From Acidimicrobiaceae bacterium (GTDB lineage: Bacteria > Actinomycetota > Acidimicrobiia > Acidimicrobiales > Palsa-688): DNA of 64,000 bases. The position numbers and the translations under genes are program-made. The number at the start of each line of letters is the position of its first letter. Positions within the stretch are counted from its first letter, which is position 1. Location of the stretch: the NCBI GenBank assembly GCA_003166025.1, contig PMWT01000073.1, positions 8,657-72,656 on the forward strand, read 5' to 3'. Positions 27,910 to 35,687 of the stretch are shown here, one piece after another. The notes beneath the pieces were generated by a model. That model searched no databases, was not told the origin of the DNA, and saw only the letters and a list, made by a program, of their open reading frames with translations.

Positions 27910-29887
27910 CCTTGGGGCGGGGGCCCGTACCTAAGTGGTAGCGGCCCAGCGCAGTGAGCGGGAAGACGTGGCGGTAAAGGTGGTAGTTCAGGGAAAAGTC
28001 CCACGGGAACCCGGTGCCGGTGAACCAGGGCTCGTCCCAGGTCCCGTCGGGGGTCTGGTTGCCCACGAGCCACTCGACACCGTTTTTGGTGGCCGGGTTT
28101 TCTCGTTCCCCGGCCGCCAGGAGGCCGAGCAGCGCCCAGGCGGTCTGGGAAGCGGTGGACGCCCCCCGGCCGTGCCAGCCCGGCTCGACGTAGGAGCGCA
28201 GGTCCTCGCCCCAGCCTCCGTCGGGGTTCTGGTGTTCGGTCAACCACCGCGCCCCGTCCGCCACTCGGGGATCTTTGGCCGGTACGCCGGCGGCGACGAG
28301 GGCCGGTAGGACCGCGCCCGTGCCGTATATGTAGTTGACGCCCCAGCGTCCCCAGTAGGAGCCGTCGGGCTCCTGGTGCCCTCCCAGCCAGTCGAGGCCC
28401 TTCTGCATGGCTTCGCGCCATTCCGGCGGCCTGTTCTCGACCGCCAGCATCTCGGCCGCCAGCATCTCGACCACGTGGGCGGTGACGTCCGCCGTCGGCG
28501 GGTCGGTGACGACCCCGAAGTCGAAGAACGGCAGCTGGGTAGGCAGCTCGGAGGTGTTGTCGGCGTCGAAGGCGGCCCAGCCCCCGTCCTTGCACTGCAT
28601 GCCGACGAGCCAGTTGACGGCGCGACGGCAGGCGCCCTCCCCGTCGGGGCCGCCGGCCCCCCGGCGCAGGGCGATGACGACTTCAGCGGTGTCGTCGATG
28701 TCGGGGTAATGGACGTTCTGGAACTCGAAAGCCCAGCCGCCGGGTGCCAGCCCCGGCCTCCTGACTGACCAGTCGCCGACGACGGTCACTTCTCTTTGCA
28801 CGAGCCAGTCCCGGGCCATCTTGATGGACGGGTCATCGTGGGCCGTACCCGCGTCCAATAGGGCGGTTACGGCCAGAGCGGTGTCCCAGACAGGGGACTG
28901 GCACGCCTCGATGCGCCGGCCGGACTCGTCGTCTACGGCGAAGGCGTCGAGGCCACGCAAAGCGGCGGCGATGACCGGGTGGTCGAGGGGATAGCCCTGC
29001 AGGACCAAGGCGATCGTGGAGTAGACCATCGGCGGCTGGATCCCGCCCCAGGAACCGTCCGCCTCCTGGCGGGCCACGATCCAGCGCTCGGCCTCGCGTA
29101 GGGCGGCACCCCTGATCACGCGCTTGGGCCACCACTGGTCGGAAAGTGACTCGTAGTAGTGAAGGGCCTTGTCGAGCGCCACCAGGGCCACGCCCAGGGC
29201 GTTCAAGCGCCGGCCCCGGGGTTGTTTGCCTGATTTGAGCTCTTCGATCTCGAACGGGAGCGGGTGCGCCGGCCGGTGCGCCGATATGACCGACAGGGCG
29301 ACGATCGTCTGGCGGGCCCAACAGGCGAAAGACCAGATGGACAGGGGCCAGTCCGAAGGTAGGAACACCAGCTCGGGCGGGATGGCGGGCAGCTTTTGCC
29401 AGTCCCAGCGGCCCACCATGGCCAGCCAGACATGGGTGAACATCCGGGCTGACTCGACACCACCGTGCCGGCGGGCCCACGCCGCCGCCTTGGCCATGTG
29501 CGGCTGGTCGGGGTCGTCACCGGCGAGGCGGAGGGCGACGTACGCCTCAATGGTGGCCGAAAGCTCGCCCGGGCCCCCGTAGAAGGTTGTCCAGGGCCCG
29601 TCCGGCCGTTGTTGCGACCGGATGCGGCCGGCGGCGGCGCCGACGATGTCGTCGTCCAGGATCCCGAGGAAATGACGCAGCAGGACGTCCTCGGCGTCCA
29701 TGGTGACGTTGGTCTCGAGTTCGCCCTTCCACCAGCCGTCGGGTTCCTGGCGGTCCTTCAGGTGGGCACTGGCCAGGGCGATGGCCTCGGCCACGCTCCT
29801 TTCGACCACCAGGGGATCTGTCTCGGTCACGCTGATGTCGGACGAGGTGCTCTCGTCTTCGCCGGGGGCACGGGCGAGCAGCGTCAT
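27896..29887 (-). CDS. shc: Squalene-hopene cyclase
   Basis: QW-type repeats are present (DGGWG, DGSWGG, DGWWKG), along with a DDTAEV catalytic motif and GWAFEF. ATG 29887 overlaps the upstream stop (ATGA). Confidence 0.92.
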   Translation of the reverse strand: MTLLARAPGEDESTSSDISVTETDPLVVERSVAEAIALASAHLKDRQEPDGWWKGELETNVTMDAEDVLLRHFLGILDDDIVGAAAGRIRSQQRPDGPWTTFYGGPGELSATIEAYVALRLAGDDPDQPHMAKAAAWARRHGGVESARMFTHVWLAMVGRWDWQKLPAIPPELVFLPSDWPLSIWSFACWARQTIVALSVISAHRPAHPLPFEIEELKSGKQPRGRRLNALGVALVALDKALHYYESLSDQWWPKRVIRGAALREAERWIVARQEADGSWGGIQPPMVYSTIALVLQGYPLDHPVIAAALRGLDAFAVDDESGRRIEACQSPVWDTALAVTALLDAGTAHDDPSIKMARDWLVQREVTVVGDWSVRRPGLAPGGWAFEFQNVHYPDIDDTAEVVIALRRGAGGPDGEGACRRAVNWLVGMQCKDGGWAAFDADNTSELPTQLPFFDFGVVTDPPTADVTAHVVEMLAAEMLAVENRPPEWREAMQKGLDWLGGHQEPDGSYWGRWGVNYIYGTGAVLPALVAAGVPAKDPRVADGARWLTEHQNPDGGWGEDLRSYVEPGWHGRGASTASQTAWALLGLLAAGERENPATKNGVEWLVGNQTPDGTWDEPWFTGTGFPWDFSLNYHLYRHVFPLTALGRYHLGTGPRPKGAKP

Positions 29888-31083
29888 GACTCGCGCTCCA
29901 CTGCGTAGACGGCCAGGTCGGCCAGTGCCCGTCGGGGCACGGCCGATAGGCGGGCCCGTTCGAGCGAGCCGAGGGCGGCGTCGAGGTGGGCCTTGGCCCG
30001 GGCGGCCGTCCATTCCCGGCCACCGCACGCCTCCACCAGCCACGTCGCCCGAGCCAGGTCCTCCGGGCTCAGGTACCGCAGCGGTGCCGGTGACCAGTCG
30101 GGGGTGGCCACCGTGACCTGGTCCGCCATGAGCATGGCACCGTTGTGGTGCCCGGCCCTCGGCTCCCGGCCATCAGGTATGGCCTCGCCCAGAATGATCC
30201 CGCCCGGGACAACTTCGCCCGAGATGGCGGGGCCCGAGATGGCGGGACCTGGTCTGGTGTCGAACAGCAGGCTCTCGAGTTCCCGGGCACCGTCGTCGCC
30301 GGCAGCCAGGGCGGCAACTATGGGCATCGACTTCTTCCGCTGGCGGATGTCGTTGCCGGCCGGCTTGCCCGTCGTCCGCGGGTCTCCCCATATCCCCAGC
30401 AGGTCGTCGACGGCCTGGAAGGCCACGCCCAGATGACGGCCGAAGTCCCGGAGGGCATACACCGTGGCCGGTGGTGCATCGGCCAGGACGGCCCCGATCG
30501 ACGCTGCGCACCCGAGCAGCGCGCCCGTCTTCGCCGTCGACATGGCCATGCACTCCTCGACACTGACCGAACGCCGTTTTTCGAACGCCAGGTCGTCGGC
30601 CTGGCCCGCGATCATCTCCGCGGTGGCCTCGCCGAGGGCCGCGGCGGCGGCCGCCCCGGCCGCGTTAGGGCTGCGGAGCAGGACATCGGTAGCCAGCGTG
30701 GCCAGGGCGTCCCCGACCAACAGGGCCACACAGGGGCCCCACAACGCCCAGACGGTAGGGCGGTGACGGCGCTCGATGTCGCCGTCCATCAGGTCGTCAT
30801 GCACGAGCGAAAAGTTGTGCACGAGCTCTATCGCCACCCCGCCGGGCGCCCCGACCTCGGCGCCGGCCCAGGTCGCCTCGGCCGACAGGACGGCCAGGGC
30901 GGCCCGGATCCCCTTGCCCCCGCGGGCTGGGGACGGCGTCCCGTCGGCCTCTGTCCAGCCCAGGTGGTAGCTCACCACTCCCGAGATGTTGGGAGACAGA
31001 CGTCCGACGGCGTCGCGCATAAGTGGCTGAGTCAGATCGCGTGCCCGTTCGAGCACTTCTACAACTGACGTGGTCGGCGTCAC
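29884..31083 (-). CDS. Polyprenyl diphosphate synthase (hopanoid-cluster FPP-synthase type)
   Basis: It has the first DDxxD motif (LVHDDLMD) and the second (FQAVDDLLG), followed by KPAGNDIRQRKKS. GTG 31083 overlaps the hpnE stop (GTGA). It contains an in-frame 15-bp duplication (GPAISGPAIS). Confidence 0.85.
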   Translation of the reverse strand: MTPTTSVVEVLERARDLTQPLMRDAVGRLSPNISGVVSYHLGWTEADGTPSPARGGKGIRAALAVLSAEATWAGAEVGAPGGVAIELVHNFSLVHDDLMDGDIERRHRPTVWALWGPCVALLVGDALATLATDVLLRSPNAAGAAAAAALGEATAEMIAGQADDLAFEKRRSVSVEECMAMSTAKTGALLGCAASIGAVLADAPPATVYALRDFGRHLGVAFQAVDDLLGIWGDPRTTGKPAGNDIRQRKKSMPIVAALAAGDDGARELESLLFDTRPGPAISGPAISGEVVPGGIILGEAIPDGREPRAGHHNGAMLMADQVTVATPDWSPAPLRYLSPEDLARATWLVEACGGREWTAARAKAHLDAALGSLERARLSAVPRRALADLAVYAVERES

Positions 31084-32711
31084 GTAACCTCCTGGAGCTG
31101 TTCAGGCTGTGGCCGGGCCCCCACCGCCGAGGGGGCTGTTGGCAACGGGCTGTTCGGGGACCGGGTGCTTGACAAATCGGTGTTCGACATATTCCTGTTC
31201 AACAGGGTGCCCGACAAATAGGCCCGGGGCAAAGACGCGCGACGCCCGGTGGCCGCCAGCACGGTGCGAGCGGCCGCCAGTCCGCTGCGGACAGCCCCTT
31301 CCATGGTCGGGGGCCAGCCCGTCGCCGTCCAGGCGCCCGCCACTGCGAGCCCGGGAGCCCGGGTACGGGCCGGGGCACGGTGCTGTGCGGAGCCCGGGGA
31401 CGCCCGGAAAGTGGCGTTGTGCTCACGGGTGACGAGGGTTTTCAGGACCTTCGCCTCCCGAGCCGCGGGGAAAAGGGCGCCTAGGGCTTCCACCATGTCG
31501 CTGCCGAGGTCCAAAGGGCGCGCCCCGATGTAATCGTCGGCGCCGGATATAGAGACGGCCAGGTACTGGCCCTGCCCAGCCCCCGAGGAGACAGTGCGGT
31601 CGAAAATCCACTGGGCCGGCGAGTCGAGGGCCGCGGCCAGACGAAGGTCGGTGACGCGGCGGTCGAAATGGACGTGCACGTTGACTATGGGCGAGCTGCC
31701 CAGCTCTGATGGCCGTATGCCGTCGGGCAGAGCGCCCGAAGGCAGCACGTCCTCGATCAGGTAGTGGGGGAGGGCCACGATGACGCCGTCGGCGGGCAGC
31801 TCCCCCTGGGAGGTGTGGACGACGAAGCGAGGGGTGCCCGCGACGCCGTCGGTGACCTCGCTCACGGGCCGGACCGCCGTGACCGCGTCCGACAGGTGCA
31901 CCTCCACGCCCGCCTTTCGTAGCGCGAGGGCTCCCTTTTCGCCGTGGAGGGCGCCCAGGGGCACGCGGCTCCAGCCGATGTCCCCGGCGCGACTGTCGGT
32001 CAGCAGTCCCGTTTGGAAGACCTTGGCCGCCATGGCCAAGGAGGCCCGGCGAGCCGGCAGGTTGACAGTGGGCAGGCAGATGAGGTCCCACAACGCCGAA
32101 ATGACGACCTCGCTCTGACCGTGCGCGCGCAGCCATTCCTCGAAGGTCTGCTGGTCCAGGGCGGGGTCGTCGAGGTCGAGGTGGGCGAGAGCGAGCGCGG
32201 CGGGGCCGAAGCGGGCCCGGTCGGCCCACGAGATCAGGCCGTAGCGCAGCAGCGATCGGGCCAGGTGCAGTGGGGCAGGCACTCGGTCTCGGCTCAGGCG
32301 GGCCGCGTCGACGCCGGCTGGCGGCACCCAGCTCCCGGGCCCGCCCGGGCGGCTCGGCCCGGCCCGGAGCACGGTGACGTCGAGGCGCTCCTGGAGCTCC
32401 ACGTCGCCGGCCGAGCCTATTCGGCCCAGGAAGTCGAGGTAGGCGGTGCAGCAGCGCAAGAAGACGTGCTGGCCGTTGTCGACCTGGAGGCCGTCGTGGG
32501 TGAACGACCATGTCAGCCCGCCCAGCCGGGAGCGCTTCTCCAGGAGCGTGACCCCGGCCCCGGCGTCCGCACAAGCGAGGGCGGCGGAGATCCCTGCCAG
32601 CCCGCCGCCGACGACGACGACGTGGGGCTGGCTGTCTGGGGCTCGGGCGCCTGGCGCCCCGCCGGCGCCAGGCCCGGGCTGTACGGCCAGTCCGGCTCCC
32701 GGGGCGCTCAT
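31080..32711 (-). CDS. hpnE: FAD-dependent hydroxysqualene dehydroxylase, HpnE-like (phytoene desaturase family)
   Basis: The dinucleotide fold is VVVVGGGLAGISAALACADAGAGVTLLEKRSRLGG. ATG 32711 overlaps the hpnD stop (ATGA). The ORF-track 5' extension lies in the upstream gene. Confidence 0.8.
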   Translation of the reverse strand: MSAPGAGLAVQPGPGAGGAPGARAPDSQPHVVVVGGGLAGISAALACADAGAGVTLLEKRSRLGGLTWSFTHDGLQVDNGQHVFLRCCTAYLDFLGRIGSAGDVELQERLDVTVLRAGPSRPGGPGSWVPPAGVDAARLSRDRVPAPLHLARSLLRYGLISWADRARFGPAALALAHLDLDDPALDQQTFEEWLRAHGQSEVVISALWDLICLPTVNLPARRASLAMAAKVFQTGLLTDSRAGDIGWSRVPLGALHGEKGALALRKAGVEVHLSDAVTAVRPVSEVTDGVAGTPRFVVHTSQGELPADGVIVALPHYLIEDVLPSGALPDGIRPSELGSSPIVNVHVHFDRRVTDLRLAAALDSPAQWIFDRTVSSGAGQGQYLAVSISGADDYIGARPLDLGSDMVEALGALFPAAREAKVLKTLVTREHNATFRASPGSAQHRAPARTRAPGLAVAGAWTATGWPPTMEGAVRSGLAAARTVLAATGRRASLPRAYLSGTLLNRNMSNTDLSSTRSPNSPLPTAPSAVGARPQPEQLQEVT

Positions 32712-33601
32712 GCCGTACCCGTTGTCATGGCCCGGGCCGCCACGACCAGCTTCTCGGCCGAGGACAGGCCGAGCCGCCCGTGGAGCACGGCCTCGGGGTC
32801 GACCCGGATCTTGTCCAGGAGCCGGCGGTATATCCCTGTCATGGCCGCGGTGCAGGCCCGGCTGCGTTTGTCCAGCAGGGGTAGCAGGGCCATCCCCCGC
32901 TCGTACCATTCGGCGGCCCGGCCTGTCTCGAAGCAGATGAGGGCCACGAGGTCGTCGCGCCGCCCCGTAAGGGCGGCGTCCACGCCGAAGCGGGCCAAGT
33001 CTTCGCTCGGCAGGTAAACCCGGCCCATCACGTCACGGTCCTCGATCAGGTCTCGCAGTATGTTCGTGAGCTGCAACCCTACGCCCAGGGCGTCCGCCAG
33101 GGGTTCGGCCGCCGGCCCGTCGCTGCTGCCGTAGACGGCCAGCGACAGGCGGCCGATCGTACCGGCTACCCGGCGACAGTACTCGACGAGCTCGGAGAAG
33201 CTCCCGTACCTCCGGCCGGCGATGTCCCACTCGCACCCCTCCACCAGGTCCAGGAAGGCGCCGATCGGTACCGGGAACTGCCGGGCCGTGTCGGCCAGCG
33301 CGGTCAGGACGGGGTCGCCCGGGGGGGCGGCGACCGCCGGGGTACCTTCGCCGGTCGCCTTGGCCAGCAACTCGAGCGACGTCCGTACCTCCTGCAGGGC
33401 ATGGAGCCTGTTGTCGGCCGCGCCAGCAGCACCGGGCCCGTCGCCGATGTCGTCGATGCGCCGGGCCATGGCGTAGAGGGCGCACATGGCAGAACGCTGG
33501 CGGGGCGGGAGCAGCCGGATCCCGTAATAGAAGTTCCGCGCTCGCGACCGGGTTATCCTCTCGCACTGCTTGTAGGCGAGGGCAACGGCGGCCGCGTTCA
33601 A
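32708..33601 (-). CDS. hpnD: Presqualene diphosphate synthase, HpnD-like (squalene/phytoene synthase family)
   Basis: SRARNFYYGIRLLP, YAMARRIDDIGD, NILRDLIEDRDVMGRVYLP. The start is TTG 33601, preceded by GGAGGAG, and it overlaps the hpnC stop (TTGA). Confidence 0.8.
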   Translation of the reverse strand: MNAAAVALAYKQCERITRSRARNFYYGIRLLPPRQRSAMCALYAMARRIDDIGDGPGAAGAADNRLHALQEVRTSLELLAKATGEGTPAVAAPPGDPVLTALADTARQFPVPIGAFLDLVEGCEWDIAGRRYGSFSELVEYCRRVAGTIGRLSLAVYGSSDGPAAEPLADALGVGLQLTNILRDLIEDRDVMGRVYLPSEDLARFGVDAALTGRRDDLVALICFETGRAAEWYERGMALLPLLDKRSRACTAAMTGIYRRLLDKIRVDPEAVLHGRLGLSSAEKLVVAARAMTTGTA

Positions 33602-34602
33602 ATTGTCTCCTCCCGCGTCCCGGCCCCGGGCCGGGCCGACCGGTAGGCATTCTGGAGCAGACGGGCCAGATGGGGCCCGAAGCGTCCGATCGTGGGCCGG
33701 GAGGGCTCGGCATAAATGTCGAAGTCGACGGCAGCCAGGCCGTCCAGGGCGGCGTGGCCACCGGCCGTGAAACTGGCGACCGCAATGCGGAGGCGGCCTT
33801 TGAGGCTGGCCACCAGGGGGCTCCCGTCGTCGAGCATCCGCCGTGCCCGGGCTACTTCGAAGGCCAGAAGGGCGCGGCAGGCCGGGCTCGCACCGCCGGC
33901 GGCGCCTCGCCGGCGACGGTCGACGTACCCGGCGGACGGGGGGACCAGCTCTTCGACGCTGACCCCGAAGCGTCTCATGTCTTCTAACGGCAGGTAGACC
34001 CGCCCGACGATGGCGTCCTCGGCCACGTCCTGCCAGTGCTCGACCAGTTGCAGAGCGGTACAGGTGCTGTCGGACCAGGTGTTGCGTTGCGGTGTGGCCA
34101 CGCCGAAGATGCCGAGCACCATGCGCCCGACCGGGTTGGCGGAGAGCCGGCAATAGCCGACCAGGTCCGCGAAGGTCTCATAACGAGAGACGACCTGGTC
34201 CTGGCGGTTGGCCTGGACCAGGTCGAAGAGAGGCTCCGTGGGCAGGTCGAGCCGGTGTACCGTTTCGGCCATCCTCTTGACCAGGGGGTGTACGTCGTCG
34301 TCCGGCCTGGGGCCGTCGGGGGAGCCCCCCTGTCCCGGCCCGGGGCCGAGGGCGAGCCGGAGCTGGTGCTCGACTTCGTCGAGGGCGGCCATACGGTCAC
34401 CGGCGTAGTCGTCGCCGATCTGGTCCACGAGCCGGGCCCAGCCGTAAAGAGCCATGAGGTCGGACCGCACAGCCGCCGGCAGCAGCCGCGAGGCGACAGG
34501 GAAGTTCTCGGTGCCGGCGCGGCCGAGGACGACGTACTCAGGAGGCAGGTCCGATTTGGCGCGAGCGGCCCGGGACGGTGCACGCATCGCCGCTGCCGTC
34601 AT
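33598..34602 (-). CDS. hpnC: Hydroxysqualene synthase, HpnC-like (squalene/phytoene synthase family)
   Basis: ENFPVASRLLP, YGWARLVDQIGDD, WQDVAEDAIVGRVYLP. It is the first gene of the operon, with an AGAGGGGA RBS. Confidence 0.8.
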   Translation of the reverse strand: MTAAAMRAPSRAARAKSDLPPEYVVLGRAGTENFPVASRLLPAAVRSDLMALYGWARLVDQIGDDYAGDRMAALDEVEHQLRLALGPGPGQGGSPDGPRPDDDVHPLVKRMAETVHRLDLPTEPLFDLVQANRQDQVVSRYETFADLVGYCRLSANPVGRMVLGIFGVATPQRNTWSDSTCTALQLVEHWQDVAEDAIVGRVYLPLEDMRRFGVSVEELVPPSAGYVDRRRRGAAGGASPACRALLAFEVARARRMLDDGSPLVASLKGRLRIAVASFTAGGHAALDGLAAVDFDIYAEPSRPTIGRFGPHLARLLQNAYRSARPGAGTREETI

Positions 34603-34624
34603 GTCAAGTCCCCTCTGTGCCCGG

Positions 34625-34663
34625 GGCGGGCACCGCCCGCCGTGAGTTGTGGTGCAAACTCAC
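34625..34663 (-). promoter_or_regulatory. Structured elements in the hpnC leader: a GC hairpin and a 7-bp-arm inverted repeat
   Basis: The hairpin is GGCGGGC-acc-GCCCGCC (34625-34641). The inverted repeat is GTGAGTT-N8-AACTCAC (34642-34663). Both lie 20-60 nt upstream of the hpnC ATG at 34602. Confidence 0.4.
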
Positions 34664-34727
34664 TGACCCGTCGGTCATCTTAGACACCGTGACGAACGGC
34701 GTTGCGGAGGCTTGACGTTGGCCATCA

Positions 34728-34739
34728 GGGAGATCTCCC
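34728..34739. promoter_or_regulatory. Perfect 12-bp palindrome GGGAGATCTCCC between the regulator gene and hpnC
   Basis: Read directly. It lies 55 nt downstream of the regulator stop and about 125 nt upstream of hpnC. Confidence 0.3.
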
Positions 34740-34793
34740 GCCGGAGGGGGGATCCGCACGGCGTCCGTCCCGTCCCCGGCCGCAGCCTCGGGC

Positions 34794-35639
34794 TCAGGGC
34801 GATGCCGGCCGTAGTGCCCAATCGGGCCCGACGGCCCACTGGAGCACGGTGGCGAACGCCGTCTCGATGACCTCGAGCCCGGCCGGGACCGGGTCGTCGG
34901 ACAACGGTCGCCCGGCTGCCTCCGCCAGGGTACGCAGGACCCGAGCAGCGAGGATCTGGCTGGGGAAGTCACCTCGGGCCGCCCGCGCGCCCAGTTCCAA
35001 GAGGATGGGCATGGCCCGGGTGATGAGCCGACCGAAGACGACTGCGGTCTTGCCCGGGTCGTGAGCCAGGCCCTCAGGGCCCCCGAGCTCGGCGACCGCT
35101 TGGGCGAAGCGCTCGGCGGTGTCCTGGCAGAGGCTCTCCACTACGGCGGTGAAAAGGGCCTCCTTGGAGGGGAAATGCCGGTAAACGGTCCCCTTGGCCA
35201 CACCTGCCGTGGCCGCGATCTCGCTTACGGTGACTGCAGCGTAGCCCTTGGGTTCGGAGAACAATTTGAACGCTGCGTCGACCAGGCGTTTCTGGGGTTC
35301 TTCGCTGCAGTCGGGCGTGGCCGGCGGCAGCGGGTGGCGGCCGTCCATGAGGTCGGGCAGGACCGCTTTGATCTGGCCCAGGCCCATGGCCCGTTCCTCG
35401 CGAAGCTCCCGGATGAGCTGCAGCGCGTGCAGGTGGACCTCGGAGTACACGTAGCGGCCCGGGCGGGTCAGCTCCGGCTCGGGCAGGAGGCCCAGGCGAC
35501 GGTAGTGGTGCACGGTGCTCGGGGGAACGCCGGATAGGGCGACGAGCCGGCCGAGCGAGATCGGCTCGCCGGCGCGACTACCAGGGCCGGCCCGGTCCGG
35601 GCCGCCTTGGCGGGCTGGTTGGGTTGCTCCTGAGGCCAT
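34794..35639 (-). CDS. Dual-HTH transcription regulator: MerR-type N-terminal HTH fused to a TetR-family regulator
   Basis: MerR-like part: ISLGRLVALSGVPPSTVHHYRRLGLLPEP...YVYSEVHLHALQLIRELRE. TetR-like part: RLVDAAFKLFSEPKGYAAVTVSEIAATAGVAKGTVYRHFPSKEALF. I prefer ATG 35639 over the ORF-track TTG 35675. Confidence 0.75.
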   Translation of the reverse strand: MASGATQPARQGGPDRAGPGSRAGEPISLGRLVALSGVPPSTVHHYRRLGLLPEPELTRPGRYVYSEVHLHALQLIRELREERAMGLGQIKAVLPDLMDGRHPLPPATPDCSEEPQKRLVDAAFKLFSEPKGYAAVTVSEIAATAGVAKGTVYRHFPSKEALFTAVVESLCQDTAERFAQAVAELGGPEGLAHDPGKTAVVFGRLITRAMPILLELGARAARGDFPSQILAARVLRTLAEAAGRPLSDDPVPAGLEVIETAFATVLQWAVGPDWALRPASP

Positions 35640-35687
35640 AGGCACCGTCCGTGCGGTTCTGCCACCCAGATTCAAGCACGGCCGCGC

